Assembly: GCA_036984365.1 (NCBI GenBank)
Contig: BQXB01000003.1
Coordinates: forward strand, 1-40,000
DNA from: Nitrosarchaeum sp.
GTDB taxonomy: Archaea; Thermoproteota; Nitrososphaeria; Nitrososphaerales; Nitrosopumilaceae
DNA length: 40,000 bases
Direction: 5' to 3'
Shown: positions 1 to 8,564 of the stretch, piece by piece
How positions within the stretch are numbered: position 1 is the first letter of the stretch
Layout of the letters: every line of letters starts with the position of its first letter
Position numbers and translations under genes: made by a program
Notes under the pieces: generated by a model
What the model was told of the DNA's origin: nothing
The model's input: only the letters and a program-made list of their open reading frames with translations
Database searches by the model: none

Positions 1-242
1 TTGATCATCCTTATCCTGTGTGCTATTGTTTGCCTTATCTTGCCAGAGTCTGATTTTATTGTGACTACAATGTCATATACGCCAAGTACTTCCTTGACCT
101 CAGTTACCATTGGAATTGTTCTTAATTCATCAGCTACATGACGAACCATGTTGCTATCACAGCTAATCAATACAAAACTAGGACTCAATTCTGCATGGTG
201 AAATTCGTCTGTCTTTATCTTGGGTTTAAATGATAATGCCAT
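1..242 (-). CDS. Lrp/AsnC-type ligand-binding (RAM-like) domain protein; C-terminus runs off the left window edge
   Basis: Absent from the ORF track because it is open at the window edge. Reverse-strand ATG at 242..240 gives MALSFKPKIKTDEFHHAELSPSFVLISCDSNMVRHVADELRTIPMVTEVKEVLGVYDIVVTIKSD... This matches the FVLI...V-x-G-x-YD-hydrophobic pattern of AsnC-type effector domains. Confidence 0.45.
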   Translation of the reverse strand, partial: MALSFKPKIKTDEFHHAELSPSFVLISCDSNMVRHVADELRTIPMVTEVKEVLGVYDIVVTIKSDSGKIRQTIAHRIRMI

Positions 243-361
243 TCTGTTTTCTGTTGTGCAAAACCACGATATCTGCGTGACCTATAGAGATTATATCAAC
301 AACCAAGAATACGTAAAACTATCAAGATATTATGAAACGTGAAGTGGTGTTATGAAGGGAA

Positions 362-655
362 TTAGTTGAAACCTTCTGGAGGTTTTTGAACAAACACATT
401 GCAAACAAGCGCATCCATCTTGGAATCTCTATATTGCACATTACATGATACAAATTTTCCAGTTAATGCCATCTCTAAATCTGTCTTTGTTGTCTCGTGA
501 TATTCCGGTTCATCTGGGTTGTCAATTTTTGCAATGATGATTCTTTCTGTTTTAGAATACTCATCTTTGTTGTCTTTTCGAAAATGTGTTACTAGCATTT
601 CAAATGTATTATTTGACAAGCAGCCAATTACTGGCCCTCCAATTCCGTCTCCCAT
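362..655 (-). CDS. hypothetical protein (97 aa)
   Basis: Clean ORF in the track with normal amino-acid composition. No motif recognised. Confidence 0.4.
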   Translation of the reverse strand: MGDGIGGPVIGCLSNNTFEMLVTHFRKDNKDEYSKTERIIIAKIDNPDEPEYHETTKTDLEMALTGKFVSCNVQYRDSKMDALVCNVFVQKPPEGFN

Positions 656-682
656 TAATTTGTAAACATTTTTGCAATATAA

Positions 683-1510
683 TTACTTGATGGCAATATT
701 GAGTGCAAATTCTGGCACCAAGTTTTTTTGTTTTGCCATCTCAAAGAGTTTTTTTATTGACTGTTCTCCTTTATCTCCCATATTTACGGTAACTCTGTTT
801 ACATACATTTTTACAAATTTTTCAATTAATTCTCTTGATTTTCCTCTACTGTATTGCATCGAATAATCTAATGCAGCATCAAAATTATCCAATCCATGCT
901 GAATTGATTCTTGCAAAAACTTATCAAATTTGTGAATTGCATCCATTCCTAAACTTGTCTTCATAACGTTAATCCCTAATGGGACTGGCAGTCCTCTTGT
1001 TTCTTTGTCCCACCACTCCCCAACGTCCATAATTTTGATATTTCCTTCTTGTTGGTATGATAATTGAGTTTCATGAATAACTAATCCCGCATCTACCTTG
1101 CCATTTCTTACCGCTTCTGGAATATCGCTAAAATTCATTTCAACATAATCAAATTTACCTATCATTAGCTGAAGCAATAAAAACGCCGATGTCATTTTTC
1201 CAGGTATTGCAATTTTACATTTTTTAATTTCGTCTAAGGTCATCTGTTTTTTTGCAGTAACAATTGGACCGTAACCTATTCCAAAACTTCCACCACTTCT
1301 CAAAATAGTATATCCTGGAATGTAAGCACATGCATGAACAGATACTGCAGTTACATCTAACTCTGGATTTGTAGCTTTTCTGTTTAGCTTTTCAATGTCT
1401 TCGATCACATGTTTTACTGTAAACCCTGGTGATGTTACTTTTCCTGTAAACATCCCATAAAACATGAACGCATCATCTGAATCTGGAGTGTGTCCTACAG
1501 AAATTTCCAC
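683..1510 (-). CDS. mqnD: MqnA/MqnD-family menaquinone (futalosine pathway) enzyme, MqnD-like
   Basis: GTG start. Motifs VGHTPDSDDAFMFYG, LRSGGSFGIGYGPIV, IAIPGKMTSAFLLLQL, VDAGLVIHETQLSY and WWDKETRGLPVPLG match the periplasmic-binding-fold MqnA/MqnD family. The N-terminal D-x-D-D-A-F-x-F-Y favours MqnD over MqnA. Confidence 0.65.
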   Translation of the reverse strand: MEISVGHTPDSDDAFMFYGMFTGKVTSPGFTVKHVIEDIEKLNRKATNPELDVTAVSVHACAYIPGYTILRSGGSFGIGYGPIVTAKKQMTLDEIKKCKIAIPGKMTSAFLLLQLMIGKFDYVEMNFSDIPEAVRNGKVDAGLVIHETQLSYQQEGNIKIMDVGEWWDKETRGLPVPLGINVMKTSLGMDAIHKFDKFLQESIQHGLDNFDAALDYSMQYSRGKSRELIEKFVKMYVNRVTVNMGDKGEQSIKKLFEMAKQKNLVPEFALNIAIK

Positions 1511-1588
1511 ATTATATTATTTAATACTCGTTATAAAAATCAAAACTAGACCGTTTTTCTAATATGTGACAATTGTTTTATTATTTTT

Positions 1589-2497
1589 ATGAAAACTATT
1601 GAAGCATATGAAAAAGATATTTTTAATCAACTAGAGTTTTTAGATTCATTTTGCCCACAAAAACCTCTTTCTAAAACACAACAAAAAAATGTCATATTCT
1701 CTGGCACTGGCGATTCATTCGTGTCTGCTATTCTAGCTGAAGTATTTTCTAACTATCAAGTAAAATCAATTGATCCACTTGATTTGCTCAAAAATAAAAC
1801 TCTTGCAAAAAATAAAACGGTCTATTTTGTTTCAGTATCTGGAAATACAATTTCTAACATCAAAGCTGCAAAAACATCTAAAAATTCAATCGCTATCACC
1901 TCAAAACCACAAAGTCGACTGGCAAAAGCATGCGATGATTCTATAATTATGAAATCTCTTACATCTGATGTATTTACTGCAGGGAGCATCACGTTTTTAG
2001 AAAGTGCCTTGATATGCATCTCTCTAGTTACTTCGGTATCGATTTCAAAAAACTCCCAGATCTTCAAAAAGGCATTATCTGATGCAAAAAAATCAAAACT
2101 CGGAGAACGAATTTTTGTTCTAGGTTCCATGCATACATATCCGATAGCAATGTACTGCGCTGCAAAATTTTATGAACTATTGGGATATGATGTTCATTTT
2201 CAGAGAATAGAGCAGTTTTCACATATGGAGTTATTTTCTATTAAAAAAGATGATACAGTGCTAATTTTTGAAGAAAAAAATTCTCATAACAAACAACTTG
2301 TAAAAAATTTGAAAAGTGTTGGATTAAATGTAATTCATCCTACATTTGAATCAAAAAACAAAATCTCTCAGTTTCTTTACTATGTGTATCTATCACAATT
2401 ATTTCCTCTCTTTGAAGCTAAAAAAAGAGGAAAAAAAGAATGTCATTTTATTTTATCAAAAAAATTTCGTAATGCAAGTAATCAGATGATCTACTGA
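1589..2497 (+). CDS. SIS (sugar isomerase) domain protein
   Basis: VIFSGTGDSFVSA ... VYFVSVSGNTISNIKAAK ... AITSKPQSRLAKACD is the typical SIS phosphosugar-binding pattern. Confidence 0.55.
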   Translation: MKTIEAYEKDIFNQLEFLDSFCPQKPLSKTQQKNVIFSGTGDSFVSAILAEVFSNYQVKSIDPLDLLKNKTLAKNKTVYFVSVSGNTISNIKAAKTSKNSIAITSKPQSRLAKACDDSIIMKSLTSDVFTAGSITFLESALICISLVTSVSISKNSQIFKKALSDAKKSKLGERIFVLGSMHTYPIAMYCAAKFYELLGYDVHFQRIEQFSHMELFSIKKDDTVLIFEEKNSHNKQLVKNLKSVGLNVIHPTFESKNKISQFLYYVYLSQLFPLFEAKKRGKKECHFILSKKFRNASNQMIY

Positions 2498-2720
2498 CCT
2501 TTTTTGTTCATGAAATTTGTTCTCTATTGACATGTGTTTTTTTGTTATTACGTGCTTCTACACATATTTGCATTCAGACATAATCGTTTGAGACAACAAT
2601 TATTATCTTGCAAAATATGAATTTTTGAACTTAATTTTGTTAACTAATTTCTAACAAAATAATGTTCACTACAAACTCTTTATTTCAAAATACTTAAGTT
2701 AATGGATTATTTAGAAAATT

Positions 2721-3086
2721 ATGGATCTTGATAAATTATTCAGAGATGTGATGAGGATAGACCCTACTATTCGTTACGCGGCGATTCAAAATAATGCAGG
2801 CGCAAAGATTGCGGGAGGCTTTAGAGAAAATATCGCTCCTCTACTCAATGAAGAAGAACTTAGAATGATGCATTACTATGCAAATCAAAGATGGCATACT
2901 AGGAAAAACATCGAGCATAAACTAGGTAAGACCAAATATGCAATGGCAGAATATGATAAATTAAAACGAATTTCATTTCCTATTGAAAATGATCATCTGT
3001 TATTACTTACAACTGAAATTAATACAGACCACACAAGAGTCATTAATGCAGTTCTTGAGTTGATACATAATATCTCAAAAGATTGA
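2721..3086 (+). CDS. hypothetical protein; same family by eye as the ORF at 25683..26096
   Basis: The ORF is collinear with the 137-aa ORF in element 3: AAIQNNAGAKIAGGF..LNEEELRMM.. versus VAIINKNGRIVESKF..LSENQLEMI.., and LLLLTTEINTD versus LLVISNANVD. Confidence 0.45.
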   Translation: MDLDKLFRDVMRIDPTIRYAAIQNNAGAKIAGGFRENIAPLLNEEELRMMHYYANQRWHTRKNIEHKLGKTKYAMAEYDKLKRISFPIENDHLLLLTTEINTDHTRVINAVLELIHNISKD

Positions 3087-3362
3087 CTCTTTTCAACTTC
3101 ACCCGATATGATTACACTGTCTAAACAGAATCTGGAAATTAGATCTAAAATCAGGTTAAAGCCAAAATGGAATGTAAAAGAATTGGGTTTGCATCATTCT
3201 GATCATATCTTATGAAAATATACTCAAGGTGTATGAAACTATGATCTCTAGGATCAAAAATTAGGGAAATACAAACTTGTAAAATAAAAGGAATAACTAT
3301 TCCTATTATTGCATAATCTCGGTTAATATAGATTTATTAGCTGAATAATTGGTTTTGCGAAT

Positions 3363-5555
3363 ATGGCAAAATTCAAGTCAACGACTGAAGTTATGAAGAT
3401 AATCAAAAACAAAGAACAAATTCGCAACTTTAGTGTAATTGCTCACGTTGATCACGGCAAAACTACTATGAGTGATAGTTTATTGGCAGCATCTGGAATT
3501 ATTGCCCCATCTGCAGCTGGAAAAGCATTGGCAATGGATTTTGATAAAGAAGAACAAGAAAGAGGAATTACAATTTATCAAGCAAACGTAACGTTGCACT
3601 TTACAAAAAACAATAAAGAATATGTCATTAACATGATTGATACCCCTGGTCACGTAGATTTCAGTGGAAGGGTAATTCGCAGTCTTAGAGCAATTGACGG
3701 TGCAACTGTTGTATGTGATGCAGTTGAAGGGATTATGACTCAGACCGAAACTGTGACAAGAATGGCACTAGAAGAAAGAGTAAGGCCTGTTTTGTTTATC
3801 AATAAAGTTGATAGATTGATCAAAGAACTCCGTTTAACTCCCGAAAAAATGCAGGAAACACTTGCAGGTGTAGTGTCTAGCTTTAATCAACTAGTTGACA
3901 CTTATGCTGAACCTGAATACAAAGACAAATGGAAAGTATCGATTCAAGACGGTAGTGTCACATTTGGCTCTGCCAAAGACAAGTGGGCATTTAACATAGA
4001 TACTATGAAAGAAAAAGGAATTACATTCAAAGACGTTATTGATGCTTATAAAAATGAAAAAGTAGAAGACTTGGTAGCAAGAGTTCCCTTGGCTGACGCG
4101 GTACTTGGAATGGTAGTAAAACACGTTCCTCCTCCAAACGTTGCCCAAAAGTATAGAATTCCTCAAATTTGGAAGGGAGACCTTGATTCTGATATAGGAA
4201 AGGCACTCTTGGCATGCAGTGACGATGGACCAACAATTATGATGGTAGTCAATATGGTTTTAGATCCAGCGGCGGGGCCTGTTGCAATTGGTAGATTATT
4301 TTCTGGAACAATAAAGGACGGACAAACAGTTAACATCATTGATGCTAAAAGAGAAGGAAGAGTTCAGTCTGTAAACTTTTTCATGGGTAACCAAAGAGAA
4401 CAAGTTGGCGAATTAGGTGCAGGAAACATTCCTGCATTATTGGGATTAACTGAAGCAAGAGCGGGAAATACAATTGCATCTGTCAAAGGAATTCCAATGT
4501 TTGAAGGAGTCAAATATGTTTCAGAACCTGTCGTTCAAGTTGCAATAGAGCCAAAACATCCTAAAGATTTACCAAAACTTGTAGAGGTTCTCAAGCAATT
4601 GACAATTGAAGATCCTAACCTTGTAGTAAAAATCGACGAAGAATCTGGCGAAACACTCGTAGCTGGAATGGGTGTGTTGCACCTTGATGTAGCTACTCAT
4701 AGAATTCAAGATGCTAAAGTAGAAATTATTACATCTGAACCGCTTATCAATTACAGAGAAACTGTCAAAGGTACATGTGAGCCAGTCATGTCAAAATCTC
4801 CAAACAGACACAACAAGATTTTCATGAAAGTCGAACCATTAGAGCCAGCAATTGCGCACATGCTTAGAACCGGTGAAATCAGCGACATGAAAGACAAAAA
4901 GGTTGTAGCTGATCTTCTCAAAGGCGCTGGATGGGATACTGATACAATTAAGAGAATTATGAAACTAGACCCACGTGGAAACGTAATGATTAACGGAACA
5001 AAGGGTGTTCAGTTTATCCAGGAATCAACTGACTCTATTAACTCTGGATTTGAGGAAGTCATGAAAGAGGGGCCGCTCTGTAAAGAGCAGATGAGGGACT
5101 GTAAATTCATCTTTACTCACTTTGTACCTCATGAGGATACAGCGCACAGAGGCTTGTCTCAACTAGGACCTGCATCAAGGCGTGCCTGCATGGGCGCATT
5201 ACTTACTGCCGGAACTACGATTTTAGAGCCAATGCTTGCAATTGAGGTTAGAGTTCCAACTGATTTGGTAGGAAACGTAGCTACCGTACTTTCTGGTAAA
5301 CGTGGTAAGGTACTTGACATGCAGCAAAAAGGCGCTGCAAGTATTATTGTTGGCGAAATTCCAGCTTCTGAGACGTTTACCCTATCTGAAGCAATGAGAG
5401 GGCAAACAGCTGGACGTGCAACATGGAATACGTCATTTAAGGCATGGACTGAACTCCCAAAGTCTATTGCTGTTACCGCAATTGCGGAAATTAGAAAAAG
5501 AAAAGGTTTGGCACCAGTACCGCCTGGAATCGAAGAATATATCGACAGAGAGTAA
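3363..5555 (+). CDS. fusA: archaeal translation elongation factor 2 (aEF-2), translational GTPase
   Basis: G1 AHVDHGKTT, G3 DTPGHVDF and G4 NKVDR motifs, 730 aa, and an EF-2-type C-terminal half (HRGLSQLGPASRRA, RGQTAG). The last four codons plus the stop lie inside the repeated insertion target. Confidence 0.97.
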   Translation: MAKFKSTTEVMKIIKNKEQIRNFSVIAHVDHGKTTMSDSLLAASGIIAPSAAGKALAMDFDKEEQERGITIYQANVTLHFTKNNKEYVINMIDTPGHVDFSGRVIRSLRAIDGATVVCDAVEGIMTQTETVTRMALEERVRPVLFINKVDRLIKELRLTPEKMQETLAGVVSSFNQLVDTYAEPEYKDKWKVSIQDGSVTFGSAKDKWAFNIDTMKEKGITFKDVIDAYKNEKVEDLVARVPLADAVLGMVVKHVPPPNVAQKYRIPQIWKGDLDSDIGKALLACSDDGPTIMMVVNMVLDPAAGPVAIGRLFSGTIKDGQTVNIIDAKREGRVQSVNFFMGNQREQVGELGAGNIPALLGLTEARAGNTIASVKGIPMFEGVKYVSEPVVQVAIEPKHPKDLPKLVEVLKQLTIEDPNLVVKIDEESGETLVAGMGVLHLDVATHRIQDAKVEIITSEPLINYRETVKGTCEPVMSKSPNRHNKIFMKVEPLEPAIAHMLRTGEISDMKDKKVVADLLKGAGWDTDTIKRIMKLDPRGNVMINGTKGVQFIQESTDSINSGFEEVMKEGPLCKEQMRDCKFIFTHFVPHEDTAHRGLSQLGPASRRACMGALLTAGTTILEPMLAIEVRVPTDLVGNVATVLSGKRGKVLDMQQKGAASIIVGEIPASETFTLSEAMRGQTAGRATWNTSFKAWTELPKSIAVTAIAEIRKRKGLAPVPPGIEEYIDRE

Positions 5556-5558
5556 AAA
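5541..5558. repeat. Target copy a (native aEF-2 3' end): ATCGACAGAGAGTAAAAA
   Basis: The exact 18-mer recurs at 11037..11054 and 21940..21957, and with one mismatch at 26927..26944. It encodes I-D-R-E-stop. The true duplicated target may be only ATCGACAGAGAGT (13 nt) if the A5 belongs to the element termini. Confidence 0.9.
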
Positions 5559-5597
5559 TAGAATCCCCCCTTTGTAGGCACGATTTTGTGCTATGTT
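5559..5597. repeat. Casposon 1 left TIR: TAGAATCCCCCCTTTGTAGGCACGATTTTGTGCTATGTT
   Basis: Exact reverse complement of 10993..11031, checked base by base. Confidence 0.92.
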
Positions 5598-5672
5598 TTT
5601 GATTGACTAGATAATTACTCACGTTATGATTTGTTGGAAAATACTTAAGATCATTACTTTGGTCATTATCAT

Positions 5673-5939
5673 ATGGCAAACTTAGGAGTAATTTTGGCAG
5701 GATTGATTTTGTTTGGCATTGCATTCGTTGGATACACTTATCCAATATCCGATAATGGGTATACCATTCCACAATATGATCAACTTTGTGATTCTGGAGT
5801 AGGACAACTAGGACAATTGTTTAACAGGAACACACAACAAGATTGTGGATTAGCAAATACGTTGTTACTTGGAATTTATGGTATTGGATTGATTGGATTG
5901 ATACTTTTCATCGTTGGTCTAGTTGTTCCCAAAAGATGA
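5673..5939 (+). CDS. small membrane protein (88 aa, two hydrophobic segments), overlapping cas1
   Basis: Hydrophobic stretches LGVILAGLILFGIAFVGY and LLLGIYGIGLIGLILFIVGLVV. Its TGA stop overlaps the cas1 ATG (ATGA at 5936..5939). Confidence 0.55.
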   Translation: MANLGVILAGLILFGIAFVGYTYPISDNGYTIPQYDQLCDSGVGQLGQLFNRNTQQDCGLANTLLLGIYGIGLIGLILFIVGLVVPKR

Positions 5940-6961
5940 CATTAAAAGGAAAACAAAACCATTACAACGTAAAATTTCTCAAAGGCTACGGATTTTCAAT
6001 CAAGGTAAAAGATTCCAAGATTGTTCTCACCAATACAGCAGATCCATTCTCAAAACCAGAAAGAGAAGAATGGTACATCGACAACATGCCATATGAAAAA
6101 ATAGTTCTTTGTGGCAAAGGATACATTTCTACTGAGGCACTGAGTTTACTGTCCAATAATAGCAGAAATATTATTTTGCTAGATACATTTGGAAAACCAG
6201 TAACATACCTAAATCCTATAAGAGAATCACAGACAGCCACTTTATACAGAATGATGCAATATGATACATTTCGTGATGAATCAAAAAAAGATTATCTTGT
6301 AAAACAAATCATTTTTGCAAAGAAAAAATCTCAACTACAGTTGCTCCAGAAAATAGGAAGCTCTGTTGACACATTACCTGATGAGGAGGCACATGCAAGT
6401 ATGATCTATTTTTCTGAATATGCAAAATTTATTCCTAAGCGATTTGGATTTAGTTCCAGAAATCAGTCTTTTAGCGGTGCCTCAAAAAGTAATGCCAAAG
6501 ACATCATAAATGCCCTGTTAAACTATGGCTATGCAGTACTAGCAGGTGAAATCTCAAAATTTGTCAACGGTGTAGGATTGGATGCATACTATGGATTTAT
6601 GCACAAGAATCACGGCAATTCCCAATCACTAGTGTATGATTTGATAGAGCCATTTAGGTGGATGGTAGATTATGCAGTGTTTAGTCTTGCCAATAGTGTA
6701 AGCACAAAGCAGAAAATCTACCTCAAAGACTATGCGCATAACAGAGAAGGAGATGTAATTTTGGATTACTCTCTTACCAGACGATTCTTGGAAAGATTGG
6801 AGCGAGTATTTCAAAAAGAGAGACCTTACCGATTAAAGCATGGTAGAAAACGATCTGATGGTCTTTCTATGTGTCAGGAGATTACTATTGTGAAAATAAC
6901 CGTGCAAGATCTTGCAGACTATTGCTGTTACTCCAAGAGTTTTCTTGAAGATAACCGTTAG
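5936..6961 (+). CDS. cas1: Cas1-family casposase (casposon integrase)
   Basis: NALLNYGYAVLAGE...GLDAYYGFMHK...LVYDLIEPFRWMVD is the Cas1 catalytic-core pattern. The start is set at ATG 5936 (MTLKGKQNHYNVKFLKGYG), identical in its first 19 aa to the casposon 2 Cas1. The track's upstream extension from 5843 overlaps the membrane ORF. Confidence 0.92.
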   Translation: MTLKGKQNHYNVKFLKGYGFSIKVKDSKIVLTNTADPFSKPEREEWYIDNMPYEKIVLCGKGYISTEALSLLSNNSRNIILLDTFGKPVTYLNPIRESQTATLYRMMQYDTFRDESKKDYLVKQIIFAKKKSQLQLLQKIGSSVDTLPDEEAHASMIYFSEYAKFIPKRFGFSSRNQSFSGASKSNAKDIINALLNYGYAVLAGEISKFVNGVGLDAYYGFMHKNHGNSQSLVYDLIEPFRWMVDYAVFSLANSVSTKQKIYLKDYAHNREGDVILDYSLTRRFLERLERVFQKERPYRLKHGRKRSDGLSMCQEITIVKITVQDLADYCCYSKSFLEDNR

Positions 6962-7169
6962 TCTTTCTCTTTCTTACTCTCCATAGTGCCCTGTTTGCAG
7001 TTGTTTCTCCATAGTTTTGTCGTAAATTTTTCATTAGAATGGTTCTGACTCTGCCAAATCGCTCAATGTCTTTGATAATTTGCTCTTCACATGCTAAATT
7101 ACCGTCAATAGTTCCTGTTTCTTCTTTTAGATTCTCTTCTTCTCTTTTACTGTCCCAGAATTTTATCAT
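6885..7169 (-). CDS. hypothetical protein (94 aa), specific to casposon 1
   Basis: ORF only. Its 3' end overlaps the cas1 3' end by about 77 nt. No motif recognised. Confidence 0.3.
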   Translation of the reverse strand: MIKFWDSKREEENLKEETGTIDGNLACEEQIIKDIERFGRVRTILMKNLRQNYGETTANRALWRVRKRKTNGYLQENSWSNSNSLQDLARLFSQ

Positions 7170-7202
7170 TGGAATATAGTGCGTGAATGTTGTATTTGAT
7201 CT

Positions 7203-7604
7203 TTAACTTTTAGGTCTGCCACGTTTTCTTATGATTTTAGGTCTGCCTAGTTTTCCTTTTTTCTCAAATTCTTTAATTTCAGTTTGCATTATGCCAAAAA
7301 AATTCTCAAATTCTTTGAATTCTTCTTTGGAATATTTTCTTTCAAGTTTTAAAAATAAACGTTCAATCTTTTTTTGATATTCAAGACTGTTAAACATTTT
7401 TTTTAATTCTGTGAAAAATTCATGTAGTATTGGATATGATTTTGGAGTAAGTCTGTACTTGCTTCTTTCTACTGGAACTAGTATGCTGATTGCTTCTTTC
7501 ACTAGTTGACTTTTTGTTGTTTTTTTCTTTTTCAGATATTCATCAATTATCTTTCCTTGCTCTTGTGAAAATGTAGCACTAACATGATATCTTAATTTAC
7601 GCAT
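7203..7604 (-). CDS. ribbon-helix-helix (CopG/Arc-like) DNA-binding protein
   Basis: Start taken at the internal ATG (MRKLRYHVSATFSQEQGKIIDEYLKKKKTTKSQLVKEAISIL), which gives a beta-strand, helix, turn, helix RHH pattern. The track's N-terminal extension to 7751 is hydrophobic junk that overlaps the divergent gene. Confidence 0.5.
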   Translation of the reverse strand: MRKLRYHVSATFSQEQGKIIDEYLKKKKTTKSQLVKEAISILVPVERSKYRLTPKSYPILHEFFTELKKMFNSLEYQKKIERLFLKLERKYSKEEFKEFENFFGIMQTEIKEFEKKGKLGRPKIIRKRGRPKS

Positions 7605-7653
7605 GAAATGTGTATACAGATTTTGATATTTATTTTTGTAAGTATGTCTATAT

Positions 7654-7857
7654 GTGAAAAACAAAATACCAATCAAGACCCTTGAGTTAGGCACAAGAAA
7701 AATCAGTAACATGAATTTTTCAAAGATTGTTACTCTGCCTAAGCCATTCACCCAAAACTATCTGGATGAGAACATGGAAGTTTCAATGTCCTTGTCTCAT
7801 GACGGGAAATTGACACTAACCCCAGTCAAAAAGTTAGAGGAGGTGAAAAAGAAGTGA
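7654..7857 (+). CDS. AbrB/SpoVT-like small DNA-binding protein, first gene of the polB operon
   Basis: IVTLPKPFTQNYL...EVSMSLSHDGKLTLTPV resembles the swapped-hairpin pattern. The positional counterpart in casposon 2 is 17112..17393. GTG start is uncertain. Confidence 0.4.
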   Translation: MKNKIPIKTLELGTRKISNMNFSKIVTLPKPFTQNYLDENMEVSMSLSHDGKLTLTPVKKLEEVKKK

Positions 7858-8210
7858 TGAAAGAGAAAAGATGGTCACCATTTCTCAGTTGGAGTAGTTA
7901 CAAATCTCAAAATTCCAAAAAGCCCGACGTGTTAGACTTGCAGGTTTCAGAACTAGAGTTGTTTTCTACTGCCTACTCTGTAAATGCAAAGGTCAACCAT
8001 AAAGATTCCGATGGAAGATGGTACGAAAGAATTCTTCCCGTTGGATATCACGAATCAATCAACAAAGATTTGCTAAGGCAATGGGAAGAAGCATTTCACA
8101 ACGGATGGATTAGATTGAACAGCCACATCAGAATCAAGACGTGGCTTGAAACATCAAAGAAGCACAAAGACAGATTGATTAGAAGATACATGCTAATCGT
8201 ATTGGATTAG
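7854..8210 (+). CDS. conserved casposon protein (118 aa)
   Basis: Homolog of 16783..17115 by eye: PFLSWSSYKS versus PFLKWGDYKS, and IRIKTWLETSKK versus LQIKTWLRQSSK. Same operon position. 4-nt overlap with the upstream gene. Confidence 0.6.
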   Translation: MMKEKRWSPFLSWSSYKSQNSKKPDVLDLQVSELELFSTAYSVNAKVNHKDSDGRWYERILPVGYHESINKDLLRQWEEAFHNGWIRLNSHIRIKTWLETSKKHKDRLIRRYMLIVLD

Positions 8211-8243
8211 CAAAAATCTTTTTTTTCTTTTTTATGATGAAAC

Positions 8244-8564
8244 ATGTCCACTGAAGACAAAAGAAGCAAACTGCTAGAGCAACTTGATGCACTAAAGATA
8301 TTCCCAAACAACAAACTAGTAAGACAACTTCGCAATCAACTAAAAACAAAACTGGAAAAACTAGAAACAACATCTGCACCATTTCCAAAAAATCCAAACA
8401 TTTCTAGATCTGGCAAATTAAAGAGATATCATAATTATTTGAGACAAATCAGAAACAACTTTCCAGAATACTCTTACAAGCAAATAAGACAGCAGTTTGC
8501 AAGAAGAAAAAAACAGCAAGACGCTTCAATTCCTGATGCGGTATGGCAGAATCCATCCCCGTAA
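8244..8564 (+). CDS. conserved casposon protein (106 aa) ending ...AVWQNPSP; overlaps the polB start
   Basis: Homolog of 16421..16756, which ends ...VIWQNPSA. N-terminal coiled-coil-like region and basic middle part. 22-nt overlap with polB in both casposons. Confidence 0.6.
   Translation: MSTEDKRSKLLEQLDALKIFPNNKLVRQLRNQLKTKLEKLETTSAPFPKNPNISRSGKLKRYHNYLRQIRNNFPEYSYKQIRQQFARRKKQQDASIPDAVWQNPSP

Noticed and set aside
3891-5772. Antisense or overlapping ORFs 3891..4166, 4036..4236, 5159..5581 and 5491..5772 (minus strand)
   Set aside because: They lie antisense to the strongly supported aEF-2 gene or run across the aEF-2/TIR junction. Their composition is odd (Phe/Ser/Leu-rich), so they are shadow ORFs.
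5843-5935. N-terminal extension of Cas1 proposed by the ORF track (MWISKYVV...)
   Set aside because: The extension overlaps the 88-aa membrane ORF in another frame. The casposon 2 Cas1 begins exactly at the MTLKGKQ homolog, so ATG 5936 is the better start.
7605-7751. N-terminal 49-aa extension of the RHH ORF 7203..7751
   Set aside because: It is a hydrophobic, low-complexity extension that would overlap the divergent AbrB-like gene and remove the shared promoter. The RHH fold starts right after the internal ATG at 7604.
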